Shown here: one piece after another, positions 51,420 to 64,000 of the stretch | Layout: every line of letters starts with the position of its first letter | How positions within the stretch are numbered: position 1 is the stretch's first letter | Assembly: GCA_001662655.1 (NCBI GenBank) | Contig: KV460215.1 | Strand: one strand, 5' to 3' | Origin: Pseudogymnoascus verrucosus | Taxonomy: Eukaryota | DNA length: 64,000 nucleotides | Program-made: the position numbers and the translations under genes | The notes under the pieces: model-generated | Seen by the model: the letters and a program-made list of their open reading frames with translations, nothing else | Databases searched by the model: none | What the model was told of the DNA's origin: nothing

Positions 51420-51790
51420 TTAAAAGGATGGAGGGGCGGTTCATCAATCGATTTCCGAATCGGTGATCGTAATATTATCGCTTCATGGTTTTACATGACT
51501 TTATAACGTCGTCCTGCATTGTCCTGACGAAATCGTGTTTAGTGGCCGAGTGAGTCACGTTATTACCATAGTCCGCAGCTTAACAGCAGTAGCGCCCTTG
51601 TCCATGCCAACAGCTAGCTTTATCTCGGACATTATCTAATATTCGGAACATAAGAGGCATATTTGTTGTAGGTAAAGGTTTCCTGTTGTAGATACTATTA
51701 GTATCCATCGGCGCGTTGATTTGAACAAGCGGCCTAACATCGTTTGCTGAATTATCGCTGATGAATGACGTGGACCTATGTCCTTATTTA

Positions 51791-53273
51791 TTAATACATA
51801 ATCATTCCAGTCTCCTCGATCGGCCATCGTATCCAAAGTCGATGCTGTTCATCTAGTAGTTGATAGATTCGAGCTAGAAGGTGATCCCCCCAGCCACTAA
51901 TATACCAGCACGGATCAAACCGCTTCAAGATCACGCAATAAAAGGCAAAGATTGCCAAAGATTCTTGTCGCCGTTCTTTCAAAAGATTCAGATACTCATC
52001 AGAGATCTCAAAAAGCCAGAGGAAGACGTCGGCAGATTCGTATCCTTGGAACCCAGGCGCGTAAACAATATTGAACGAGCCACGGAGCTCGAATATCGCC
52101 CCAGCGTAGCAATGGACGTCTGATGGGTCGGTTACGCTCCCTCTTATAAGATTGTTGAGTATCTCGAGTTGTTCCGTTTCCCTAGTTTGCTTGATAGCCA
52201 TCTCTGCCCTCAGCGTCCTTCTCTGTCGGCCAGCTAAGAGCATCGGTCCCATGGGTCCCGAGAGTATAATTTCTCTCGACCTATTCATCACCGAGCGAGT
52301 TCCACGGAAATGGAGGAGCCATTCCGAAATCCCGGAATCTCCGACGAGGAGAATATCCTCCGGCTTTCGGGGACTTGCCAGCGTTATCAGGCAGGTCATC
52401 GCTGTGAATATGTAGACACCGGTGCAATTTTTTGGGGTGACGTCTGGCAGAATTGTTGTTGCAAGACGGAGGCCGTTTTGGTGGAGGATTGCGGCCTGCG
52501 CAACTAAATATTCGTATCGTTCTGGGGAAAATCGTGCCAGATGCAGCGCTGATAAGGCTAACACAGCGTACATGACAAAGTCAAATTCCAGTGCCAGCCG
52601 CGGGACACTGATTCGCCATAAGTCCCTGATTGTTGTGTCGCTATTAAGAGTGAGACATGTTGAGGTGGTGAAGTTATGGAGTAGTTCCAGGTGCAGCTTG
52701 TTTATGTCGGAGGTCATATCGACACTCCGAGGACTCTCGACGGCCTTGCTCGAACTGGTTATACTCTGAACGGAAAGATTCTCTGTGTCTATAGGCCTAA
52801 GGGTTTGCGGCGAATCCTCTTCCGATGGGCCTCCAGACGCCAATGGCGTTGGCTTCAACAGATACACGCACTCAAGTGATCGGTACGCACATCTTCGACA
52901 AATAGGCTTTCGCTCGTCGCACTACAATTGAAGTGGTCACATAGATCAGCCATAAGTAATAAAAACAACACCATATATGTAACAGGAAATATGACAAGTA
53001 GTTCAGTATTCCATGGGCAGACTGGACTGTAAAGATATCAATCTGCATCACGTGACATCTGATCTGTCCAGGCCATGGTCACCCACCACCAGGTGTGTGG
53101 TATGCAGATGCAGATGCAGATCGCCCTTGCAATATATTGGGGCTAAAGGGCAAACTCACTTTGACTTTTCTAGCCTTGCAAGCTTTGCATCCAGTCCTTG
53201 TCTTCCGATGCGACCTGCGCATTGCCGGCGGCCCGACGCCATCGGTGGTAGGCAGAGAACCAGAAGTGTCCAT
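51791..53273 (-). CDS. Upc2-like Zn2Cys6 transcription factor, 2 exons
   Basis: RRSHRKTRTGCKACKARKVK|CDERKPICRRC...C (intron 52922-53159), LELLHNF, YAVLALSALHL, WYISGWG, WIRWP. Confidence 0.88.
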
Positions 53274-54126
53274 TGGATAAGACTTGGCCAAACCTAAAAA
53301 TTGGCAAGGAGCAAGCAAGGTGCAGTAGCAGGTGGGGATAACACCCTGTCGAATGGCGGTCTGCAAAAGAGGATGGGTAGTTAGCCTGCGAAGAGGTTTT
53401 CCCTGGCGGTGGTGATGGCGATTCTTAGCTCAAGAACGAGGGCGGGGAAGCGGATGAGTTCAAGTGGCGACGACAACGGTTCTCGTATAGGACGAAAAGA
53501 CAGCTTCCGATGGGCCCGGCTCTCAGAAATATTATAGATTATATACGCTAAACCCTTTGCGATGTACGGATAGGAGAACGATGGATGACAAGATTAGCTT
53601 TGAAACAAAATTTGCTATCTTACATAGCCACATGCAGTACGAAGCAGTGACGTACCGCCTCGGCAAATGCTCAGGGGGTAACGGACGGCCTTGGCCAATG
53701 CTTTAACATCATGATAGTGAAGAACATCGCTCAACCCTAAGGACCAAAGAACAACCGGCAAGACTTTCAGGATCCGATATATCAATGAGGTATGCCAACT
53801 TATGCGCTACTCTGGGCCGATAATTATCGCGCATACTACCCGAGCGCCGGTGGTAGTACCCTGGAATTACAGTGGCGAGAGTGAATAATTCTCCGCGTCA
53901 TCCATACCAGGCTGAGTAACGGGAGGATGGAGGAGCTCAATGGAGGAGCTTATAGTCCACAGCATCATGCCCGTCGCCAACGTGCATGTGGAGATGAAAC
54001 GGTCACTAATATACCCCTGTGGCTATCGAATACACTAATGTGGACATAAGCTTGCTACGGAGCTTATCATTAGCCCCGAACTATGAAGTCCCGCCGACGG
54101 CGGAACGGGCAATGCCATTTTGCGGA

Positions 54127-54172
54127 GGTGCGAGTACGAGGCGCTATCATTTCGCGGGTGCGAGTACGAGGC
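54127..54172 (+). promoter_or_regulatory. Direct repeat GGTGCGAGTACGAGGC x2 (30-bp period), candidate transcription factor site
   Basis: Exact 16-bp copies at 54127-54142 and 54157-54172. The same core occurs upstream of the peroxygenase. Confidence 0.6.
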
Positions 54173-54436
54173 TAGACTTGACGCATTCGCGATTTAGTCA
54201 ATATATATTTGTATATTCGCGGCTCATACCGATTTTGGGTCGAAGAGCGGGACATGCTTACTCTAATATTCTCTCTGAGGCCGTCGGTGACGAATTGCTT
54301 CCTTGGCGGGATAATTTTGCATGAAGCTGGAGCGATATAAAGGGCGGATGATTCTCACAAAATATCGAATGGGACACCTCCTTCATCATACAATAGTGCA
54401 CTGATACATTTCATATCAACGGATATATTTTTCAGC

Positions 54437-56097
54437 ATGCGTAGTACATATCTTCTTGCCATGGGCGGAATGGCCATGGGCGGAGCTGCCCTGACCACCA
54501 CTACTTCGAAGTTACCAAGCACAGCGCCCATTGCCTGTAAATACTTCAAGGCAAACTATCCAAACATGACTCTGCTCCCAAGTGATGCCGGATATACCGC
54601 TGAAAACGAAGGTATGCTATTGCTACGTGAATCCCACTATCAACATGACCCTGACCTTATGCTTTAGTATCATGGAACGCAGGAGCTTGGTTAGGTCCCG
54701 CCTGTATCCTGTCACCAGCCAGCGCCGAACAAATGTCAACTGCAGTTAAAAACCTAGTCAGGTTTGCTACCCCCTTCGCTATGCGTGGTGGTGGGCATAT
54801 GTCCGTTCCAGAAGCCGCGAATATAAATTCCACTGGAGTTCTCATCTCGAGCACCAACCTCAAAACCTTGGAGCTTTCCGGGGACCAGAGCACTCTCTCT
54901 GTTGGTCCAGGCCCAAGATGGGGAGACGTCTATATCTATCTCGATGAGACAAAGTCTGGAAAGATGGTTGTTGGAGGGAGATATGCACCTGTTGGCATCC
55001 CAGGCCTGCTCCTTGGAGGTGGCATGGCATTCTTCAGCGGAGAATACGGGTTTGCATCAACCAATGGCAACGTGCGTGCCTATGAAGTAAGCATCCCCAA
55101 ATCTCCAGCTCCTATGCTTCAAATCTAATATATATGACAGTGTGTCCTCGCAAGTGGGAAGATCGTCGAAGCAACGGCCTCAAACCAGTATTCTGACCTT
55201 TTCTGGGCGCTACAAGGAGGCGGAAACTCCTTCTGCATTGTGACCAAATTTGTCCTTCGAACCTTTGACAGTCCCGCCATCGGCCTTGCCAACCCCTCAT
55301 ACGGTTCCGGCAGTAAAGTTAAGGATCTGTGGCTTGATAGCATTCTTAATTATGTCATCGATGGATCTTCCGACCCAAAGGCCGCCATCATTCCCGTAGC
55401 ACGATATGGCACAGGTTTTGAAGGCATCCGATACGATGCAACTCTGTTTTACAACGGAGTGGCCACCAACACTCCGGCTATTTTGAGCGATTTCCAAGGC
55501 GGCCTTCTCCCGTCCTCCAACATGACATCGTTGACAACTTTGACTATGGGAGCTTTCGCCAAGGCTGTCTTGCCCGCTTTCCAGGAAGGAGGGGAGTCCC
55601 ACGGCCTGAACCAGCGATTCCACGTCGTATCTACTGTCGCCACGCGAGAAGCGATGGACATTGTACACGACACATTTTTCGACGCTGTTAAAGCTGCGGG
55701 TCTTGCTGACTCTGCTGACTTCTTTGTTGGCCTCGCATGGAACTCTATCACGACTTCATTCCTTGAGGCCTCAAACTCGGGAACAGGTTGCCCACAAGGT
55801 GTTGCAGAGGAGCCTCTCTTCTGGGTTGAGGAAGCTTTCACATGGGGCGATAGTGCTGATGATGAGAAAATTGATAATTTCATCAAGACTGTCAACGCGA
55901 ACATTACGACTCAACTGGAGGCTATCGGTGCCACGTCCCCTTACATCTACCTCAATGATGCGGATGCGGATCAACCTGTCTTCCAGGGGTACCCAGCTGA
56001 GAATTTGAAGAGGCTTCAGCGGATTAGGGCGAAGTATGATCCGCTTAAGATTTATACCAATCTGATGCCAGGTGGATTTAAGGTCGCTCATGCGTAG
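54437..56097 (+). CDS. Secreted FAD-linked oxidoreductase (BBE/VAO-like), 3 exons
   Basis: Signal-like N-terminus, PACILSP, FAMRGGGH, GIPGLLLGGG, ALQGGGNSFCIVT, YLNDA, KYDP...PGGFK. Introns at about 54612-54668 and 55087-55140. Confidence 0.9.
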
Positions 56098-56742
56098 TTG
56101 AATATGGTACATAGAGGGTTTTAGAATTCTGAAGTAGAGTTAATAGTGTAGCATAAATCAATGAATTGACAAATTCTCGTGGTAAAAACTTGATTGAGGG
56201 TGTTCTGGCCCAACCATGAGCTATTATCCCACGGGCAATGGAATCTATCGACCGAAATCCCTAGTACTACAGTCTCCATATGATTGAAACTCCATATGAT
56301 TGAAATAAAAAGCACTCATACAGACGCCTATACTCCCATAAGCAAAAGGCCACTTATGACTAAAGCACAGAAATAAGAGAGGGTGGAATAGTGGTTCGAT
56401 TCCACAATGGAGATCTCGGTGGCAACATAACTCTGCTGCCTTATAAAAAATCAACACCAATGCGTCTTCTATTGTCCTTCATGAGTTAGCAAGTCAGCAC
56501 ATGAGCGCAATACCTCACAGTTGCATGGAACAAGAATATCCATGAGACATTGTATTCTTCGTTATTCATTTGCACCATTATTGCTCTCTATCTTAAACGA
56601 AACGTTATAAATAGTGCCACATATAGTAACATGGGCAATTTACAATTTATACCATCAAGAGTTTAGATTCTCATGCCTATTTCCCAGAACATAGCGATAT
56701 CAAGTCTCTACTTTGATTTCGAAGTTTACGCCCTTGCTACAT

Positions 56743-57772
56743 CTAAAGCCCACGTCCAGAATGCAAGTCCCGACGACGTCTAGCCGCCGGAGCCTCCTTA
56801 GGTGTAGTCAAGAGATTCGTAGCCTCACCAACAATCCCCGTAATCCTCATGATATCCTCAAGAGTCACAGGATTCTCCTTCTTAGTCCATCCCAGCTCAA
56901 CTGGAAGACGCTCGTTCTCTGTCATCTCATATTAGCATACACCCCAAACCCGGCCGGGCTATGCCCATAATGGATTGTCCAAACTCACCAAAGAAGAAAT
57001 CAATCAGGTTCTTCTCGACCGTAGCAGATTCGAGATCCCCAAAAACGATGATAGGCGCACCGACCTCGCCGAGACTGAATTGCTCAGTATTCGCAGTGAA
57101 GGTGTACTCGGGGTTCTTGGCCTTGGAGGCGAGTTGGCGGGCGAGCTTGCCGTTGGCGAGCATGTTGGCGTCGAGGACGGGACCGGTCCACCAGACTCGT
57201 GTCTCGTCGAAGGTCGCTTGGTCGAAGGCGTGGTTGTTGCCGAAGAAGGCGTCTACGCGGCTGGTGGGTGGGGGTTAGTATTGTGATGATGCGGTTGTCA
57301 CCCAGGGTGAGAACGAACCTCAAGCTTGCATCGTGCTCCAAGACATTGTGGCGGTTGAGGTTGTCCCTGAGAATATAATTAACATCAACTACATTTGAAA
57401 AGTTATGGGGGTTACCCACAGGGTGAAGAAAGTAGCATTAGGCTCCGGGTTAGCAATGATAGCCTGATCCCACATCAAGCTCGCAAGAGCTGGGTCGAAG
57501 TTGAGTCCCGCAGACAAAGCGTGAACCGCATTTGCCTTGGTGATGTTCCTGCCATCGTGAGGGAGGAAGCCATGGTTGGCCAAGGTGTTCATCATAGGGC
57601 AGGGCCCGCGGACTATATGATATTAGTATTTTGTAAAAGCGGAAAGCCGGATGGATCTCTTCAATCACAATAACTTACAGTCATCTGGCCCAGCGGGCTC
57701 CCAGCCGGAGTTGGAGCCTTGCCCGTAGGCAACGCCTACTGCCAGTGTGGTGGAAAGGATAGTGAGCTTCAT
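56743..57772 (-). CDS. Heme-thiolate peroxidase / short unspecific peroxygenase (chloroperoxidase family), secreted, 5 exons
   Basis: Signal peptide MKLTILSTTLAVGVAYG, FRGPCPMMNTLANHGFLPHDGRNIT (PCP heme ligand, intron 57613-57678), LNRHNVLEHDASLSR, FSLGE, FFENERLPVELGW. Confidence 0.92.
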
Positions 57773-58296
57773 CTTGACTTATTCGTATAGACGGGTGGGT
57801 GGGCAATTCAACGAAGTGCAGGACTAGATAGATATATACAGTACTAGACAGCATCCGCAGCGCCGTCCGTCCCTTACATCTATAGCCCCCCCGGCATTTA
57901 GCTGCCGGAGCAACTACCTTGCTTAAGGCAAGCACAGCAATATAATTCTCGGCGGAGTGATCTCGTCGCCGTCGCACGCAGATCACTCTTTTGTTTCGCT
58001 CCGTCATCAACCATGCATCCCGATATGGTCCCAGCAGCCAATTGAACGCCGGACATAACTAATGCACCACAGCATTTTCACGAGACGTCGTCGTGGAATC
58101 ATGGAGTCGCGAACCTTGCATAGTTGCGGACGGCTCCCATTGGCGCCTCGGTACGCGTATCCCCTTTACTCTCCGCGTATACCATTAGGCTCCGTGCCGA
58201 TCATTGTGAGCGGCGCCGGGAACACCCAAATCCTGAACAACAAACACACACAATTTTGCAATCGCCAAGTGAATCCCCCCTTGCTGCTGCGCATAA

Positions 58297-58336
58297 GCCT
58301 CGTACTCGCAATGCGTACTCGCACTGCGTATTCGGA
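58297..58336 (-). promoter_or_regulatory. Triplet of CGARTACG elements upstream of the peroxygenase
   Basis: GCCTCGTACTCGCA (58297-58310), CGTACTCGCA (58314-58323) and CGTATTCG (58327-58334) on the + strand. Confidence 0.55.
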
Positions 58337-59207
58337 CGGTGTTCCCCGCAATCTCATCTTCGAATATCGGGTGGTGTGGTTTGGAAACCACAGCACCGTC
58401 GCCAAGGTTGGCAGGGAAGATCCCCGTTTGCGCAACGTTGAGGCTGGCCATTCAGGTTTGCGAGAAGTTTGTTCCTTAAATGAAGTGGATTTAGAGTGGA
58501 TTAGGATGGGCCTCGGTTTGTCGATCTGCGAGGTTCTAGCCACTCGCAAGGAGGACATATTTTTGTTACAATATACTTGCATTGACGTTCGCTCGATAAT
58601 AGAAAGAGCTGAACGAATCGGACTGCTGTAATTAACAATGTGATACCTAAAAGAGAGTCCGGCCCGGTAGTTGTAGGCACCCCAGTCATCTGCCGGGTGC
58701 CTAAGCCCTATCTTGCCATGCGGTGTGGTCGGTTTCAAAAGTCGACGGAGCATCTCCAAAAAGTATATGCCTCGCTGACATGACACAGAAATACTAAATT
58801 GGAGATCATGCGAATAAATCCGAACTTACCGGAATATTCCTTCTGCCAGCATCTATTCACGTTCCTTTTGTCGACATGAAAGATCCTTTGATGCCATGAT
58901 CTCGCCCAGGCATGAAACCGGCCGCCCGTAATGCCCTTAAAGCGCCGCCGTGGACGCCTCATGCATCTCTCCCAACACCGTGCACAGACCCCAAACAATC
59001 CAATCTGTACTCCCTCCGCATGTCAACCATGTTCTTCCACTACGAGCCTTCCCCGCACCCATCTACAAACCGAAATGCCTAAAACGCCTCATATCACAAG
59101 TAAAATTTAGCTTGTGATACCACCTACCAGCGGTGGAGCGCCCCCTCCTCCTCGTGCGAAATTTAGTGTAGGCCGCCACGCGGGTGTGGCTGATAGATCG
59201 TCTCCAC

Positions 59208-61730
59208 ATGCGCCCCGCCATTAGAACTCGGGCGGTGGAGGACGGGGAGAAGGCGCAGAGAGGCGTTAATGACCGCGCTGCGAGGGCGGGTGAGGCGGCG
59301 CCGCCGTATGTGTTGGTGGAGCTTATTGGGAAGGGGAGTTATGGGCGGGTTTATAAGGGGTGAGTGCTTCTCAGCCATCTACAGCCCTGCGCGCGCGTAG
59401 TAAGTATGTAAGTTGACGCTCCTCTGTAGCGAGGATACCCGGACAGGGGAAGTTGTGGCGGTAAAGGTTATCGATATTGATGAGAGTGATACCGCTAGTC
59501 CGCGGTATGCGGATACGTATGGTGAGTTTCTGAAGGAGATTGGCGCGCTGAAGGTGTTGAGTGAGGGGAAGGCGAGGAATATTAATCATATCATCGATGT
59601 GCTGCCGGTGGGACATACGATGTGGATGGTGACGGAGTATTGTGGAGGGGGGAGTGTTGCGACGTTGGTAAGATTTTTTGTTCTATTGAGAATCCATATG
59701 TCTCTGTGTCAGGACTGATTAAGGTGCAGATGAGACCTAAGCCAGGTGGCCTGGGGGAGAAATATATCATTCCGATTCTGCGGGAGGTGGCAGAAGCACT
59801 CGGGTGGGTGCATAAGGCTGGGATTATTCATAGAGATGTAAAATGTAAGCTATTATGGCTGGAATTCGCCCTTCACACTTCCTGGTTGCTCTTTCCGTTA
59901 TTATTAGCTCTTTCCCCTCTCTCTGTCCCCATCGCTATTTCCCTATTTGCTCTTTCATGTTGATATCCCGCTCGCTCTTTCCATTGCTATTTCCCCCGCT
60001 CCTTCCCCTTACTCGTTTCCCCTCGCTCCTTCCCTATGTGTCCTTTATGTCGACCTCTCCATAGCTCCTTCCCCATCCCTCATCCCCCGAACAATTCCCA
60101 CACTAACACCCTCCCCCTAACAGGCGCAAACATCCTCATAACCACCGCCGGCGCCATCCAACTCTGCGATTTCGGCGTCGCAGCTACCCTCTCCCTCCCC
60201 TCTTTGAAACGCACAACGTTCATTGGAACCCCGCACTGGATGGCTCCCGAGCTCTTCACCTCCTCCTCCTCCTCCTCCTCCTCCTCCTCGCCTAGTTACG
60301 GGGTAGAAGTAGATATCTGGGCCTTCGGAGCCGTGGTATACGAAGTTGCCACCGGACTCCCCCCCAACGCCTCGAGTCGGATCCCTTATGGACAGCTAGA
60401 GAGTGGAGTGAGGGTGGCTGTCCCGAGGTTGGAGGGGGAGGAGTACTCGGTCCAGCTTAGGGGGTTAGCAGCGTACTGCCTGGAAGAAGATCCGAGTAAC
60501 CGGCCGATGATTGGGGAGGTGCAACTACACCCGTACATCCACTCCACCACCCTCAGTTATCCAACCAGCGCACTCGTGGACCTCATCACCGCCTTCCGAA
60601 TCTGGGAACAAGAAGGCGGGACGAGGGCTTCACTGTTCATGTCTGGCGGCGCATCGGGCCCATCTGAGGCTGGCGAAACTGAGGAGAGTGGAAGTGAGGA
60701 GTGGGATTTCAACTCCACCCTCCGCGCATCAGCCGCCAAAGATGCTGGTACCCTGTCCGAGAATCCCCAGCCTACTCCGCGCGCCAAAGGGGGGCGAAGG
60801 CGGCCGCCGAAGGAGGTGTTGGAGCCGCTGAGGGAACCGATTGAGAGGGTTTTTGATGCTAATACGCTCTCTAATTATGAGGGGAATAGTCGTGCGCATT
60901 ATTTCCCCTCCCCGTCGGATGGGGTGGGTGATTTACCACTCCGTGAACGTGACGAGGGGGGAAGTCGGCTACGAGACGTAGATGGGGATGAAACGTTGAA
61001 ACCGCCTCCACTCCATCCCGTCGCTGATTTAGATGATACCAAGCGCCGCACGCAGGACTGGACATTTGCTTCTTCCCTCCCTACGCCTCTTCGGGAAGCA
61101 GAGACGGAGGGTGATGGAAACCGCCGGACAAAGGATTGGACGTTTGCTTCCTCCCTTCCTGCACCGCGTGAATCTACAGATGCAGTGGGGGAGTTTAGTG
61201 ACGGTGGCGGTGGGTACGCACATACACCGACGAGATCTGCACGACCTATCCAGATGAACCGCATGTCGATGGGGGAGGGGTTAATTGATCTCGATATGAG
61301 TTTATCACCATCTCCACAGATGTCATCCCAGCAAGCCCAAAGTCATGCGTCGGTGGCGGAGTCGCTGATTGATTTGGATATGAGTCTCTCCCCCTCCCAA
61401 CACCCACCATCCCAGTACCCAGCAAGTCGCGCATCAACGGCAGAACCGCTGATAGATCTCGACATGAGCGTCCCACGCTCCCCTCCAGCAGAGCAAACGG
61501 CACCCTCCACCCCCACGGCGCACGCGCAAACAGTAGTAACACGCACCACCACCGCAGCTGTCAAGCCTGGTTCGTGTGGGCGTGAACTCCCTGCGCCGCC
61601 GTCGGTGGAGGCACTGAGTGGGGTGGCGGGGGTGGAGGTGATGAGAAGTGAGATGGGGAGGTTGTTGGGGGGGTTGGTTGTTGAGTTGGGGGTTGTTAGG
61701 GATGTGCTTGCTGGGCCGGGCGTAATATAA
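59208..61730 (+). CDS. Ste20/GCK-family kinase, Nak1/Kic1-like, 4 exons
   Basis: IGKGSYGRVYK, VAVK, EYCGGGS, IHRDVK, ANILI, CDFG, TFIGTPHWMAPE, DIWAFG. The C-terminal tail carries RRT.DWTF repeats. Confidence 0.88.
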
Positions 61731-61780
61731 ATTAAGAGGATAACAAACAGGGGGAAGGAAACGTAATGTATGTGTGTGAT

Positions 61781-61840
61781 TTATGGTTGTGGGTTGTGGG
61801 TTGTGGTTTGTGGTTTATGGTTTATGGTTTATGGTTATGG
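61781..61840 (+). repeat. Imperfect 6-7-bp tandem repeat (TTRTGGK)n in the intergenic region between convergent genes
   Basis: ttatggttgtgggttgtgggttgtggtttgtggtttatggtttatggtttatggttatgg. Confidence 0.8.
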
Positions 61841-62206
61841 ACAAAGGTCAGTTGGGGAATAATGTCACAAACACGCATTTTCAAAGACGTAAAAGTAAGT
61901 AGAAGAAGGATCATTCTTTATATTGCCCGGCATCCAGCGCGGGAGGGGTGTTTTTCTACGTTCTATATACAACCCCACACACCACCACTATCCTCGCCAT
62001 CCGTCCATCCATCCATCTCTTCCAACGCCATCAAATTCCCCCAGCCGAACGCCTAACAAACAAACAACCCATTAAAAAAAAGGCACAAAAAAACACAAAA
62101 GCCGTCAGCCTCAGTATAAAGGCGCGACAAGAACGCATATAAACGCAGGACATGCAGAAAAGTGCAGAAAGGCCAGACAGTCTGGGTTGGGGGGGGTATG
62201 TTCTCT

Positions 62207-63566
62207 CTACGCCCACTTCCCCAACACCGCCATCAGACCCGCACCAAGGACCATGCATCCAAACGCCGCCAGGACGACCTTGACGCTACTCCGTCGCATC
62301 TCCTGGTTAAACATGAATTCGTGAGCCATCAACTCCACCAACCCCGTGTAAATCAGGATACCCGCTGAAATCGAATCAAACACCCCATTCACGAGGAGCA
62401 TCGCGCGACCATCCGTGCTAAGGCTTTCTCTGACACCCAGCCCGACAGCGATGGCGAGGGGAGTGGAGATACCGTAGAGCGCACCGAGAATCCAGGGGAG
62501 CCATTCTCTGTCCGCGGGCCAGGGGGTGGTAGCGAGGCGGGAACCGAGACCGAGTCCTTCGAAGGTTTGGTGGAAGACGAGGACGATGTAGAGGACTACG
62601 AATTCTTCGCCCGCGACGGCGAGGGTGAGTCCGATGAAGATGGAGTGGAAGATGACGCCGAATTCGAGGATGAAGATTGAGGTCAGCTGCGCGGCGAGGT
62701 GCTCGGAGGAGGAGTGGTGGTGCCCGTGGGAGAGGTGGTCGGTGCCGCCGGGGGGGTAGGAGAATTCTTGCGAGCGGGTTGGGGAGGGGGGACAGTCGGC
62801 GTGGGGGTCGTCGTGGTGGTGTGTGTCGTCGTGTTTGTGCGATGTTTGAGACGAAGATGAAGAATCGAGTGCAGGCTGGACAGCGGCGGGAACGATGACG
62901 TCGGGTGTGGGTGACTTGAGGTCAGAAGTGTGAGTGGCGACAGCGGTGATGGGGATGGGAGGAGGGCGGGCGCATTCGGGGTCGTGGGCGTGGGAGTGGG
63001 CTCCGGGCTTGTTGACGCCGAAGAAGTCGAAGCGCATGGCCATTAGCTCGATGAAGAACATGGCGAAGATGGTCATGAGGACTATGCCTTCGACCCAGGA
63101 GTACTCGGTGATGGGGCCGGTGAGGCATTCGTTGGTGAGGGCTTCGTGGGCGGGGGCGAGGAGCTGGGGGGTGTTAGTGGTGGACGGTGGAGGTGGTAAA
63201 GGGGGAGGAGGGTGGACAGTGGATGAGGGGGAAGGGGGGGGGGAAGGTGGACTTACGTGAATGAATGCTGTGGCGATGATGACACCCGAACCGAAGTATT
63301 TAGCGACGAAGAAGGCCGATTTGGGAACGCGCATACGCTTTGAGCGTGAGGCGATGACAGGGAAGAGAGCACCTAGGTTGGGGTGTTAGTTGATCTTCGA
63401 TGTGATGAGGGTGGAGGCACGTGAGTGAAGTGAGGAAAGGGGGAGGAGTAGACATACCAAGCATTGACCCAAAGCCGATGACGAAGATGGAGGAGATGCG
63501 CAGGCCGATGCGGCCGTCATAGTCGTTTCCGCTGCCGCATTGCGGGAGTGGTTCGAGGTCAGACAT
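62207..63566 (-). CDS. zrfB: ZIP-family zinc transporter, ZrfB/Zrt2-like, 3 exons
   Basis: CGSGNDYDGRIGLRISSIFVI, KYFGSGVIIATAFIHLLAPA, His-rich loop, ILEFGVIFHSIFIG, VFHQTFEGLGLGSRL, terminal LGKWA. Second intron 63164-63256. Confidence 0.88.
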
Positions 63567-64000
63567 TGTGGGTGGAGGTATGCGGTGATGGAGGAGGTGT
63601 TGTGTGATGATTGATGGTAGTGAGTGATAGATGAAAGAAGGTGAGTGTCGAATCCTTGTGAGAGATATGTATGTGTATATCTTCTCTACTTTCTTTCTTT
63701 CTTTCTTTCTCTCTTCTTTCTCTTCCTCGATCAATCAACCTCGATCAAGCTTTTCCAAACAGACAAATCTCTCGATGACAGCGCTCTCCCGATGATGACA
63801 CTGATCAGCAGAAACAAGAACTCCTGCAGCCGGCTGGGCAAGCTTATGTCTTATACACGCGCGACAGACCGCCGGGTAGCACAGCTGGGACGGCGACGGC
63901 GGGTCGTCTGGTTTGTCTTGTCTTGGTTTCTCCACCGGGGCACGTTGTGGGTTGTGCGTGGAGGTAGGGGTAGGCGGGCTGATGGATGGATGCAGGTATG

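Noticed and set aside
58062..58786. Overlapping 189-aa (+) and 206-aa (-) ORFs
   Set aside because: No domain-like features. The region is the peroxygenase/kinase divergent promoter.
59845..60123. Long pyrimidine-rich tract with hydrophobic ORFs
   Set aside because: Third intron of the kinase; low-complexity sequence.
63164..63256. Pro-rich insertion in the ZIP transporter ORF
   Set aside because: It is a 93-nt in-frame intron (GTAAGT...CTAAC...CAG) interrupting the conserved AFIH-LLAPA motif.

Overview
Eukaryotic, intron-containing DNA from a filamentous ascomycete (Aspergillus/Penicillium-like). About 26 genes or gene fragments fall in four blocks. (1) 3.5-23.7 kb: an extracellular hydroxamate siderophore cluster (sitT ABC exporter, sidF, sidH, MirB/MirD-type importer, sidD NRPS, sidJ esterase) with repeated SreA-type GATA elements. 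(2) 23.8-37.7 kb: an apparently uncharacterised intracellular uronic-acid oligosaccharide catabolism cluster resembling a bacterial polysaccharide utilisation locus (PUL). It has an intronless bacterial-type heparinase II/III-like gene, a Zn2Cys6 regulator, a DUF2264 protein, a GH88 unsaturated glucuronyl hydrolase and a sugar porter. (3) 39.6-57.8 kb: an accessory secreted/oxidative block with a 10-Cys small secreted protein, two FAD-linked oxidoreductases, a carboxylesterase, a GH28 pseudogene relic, RTA1, two Upc2-like regulators, a GGCT-like protein and an unspecific peroxygenase. The second oxidase and the peroxygenase share a 14-bp promoter element. (4) 59-64 kb: a Nak1/Kic1-like kinase and a ZrfB-like zinc transporter. 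All calls come from reading motifs and splice sites by eye; no database search was run.
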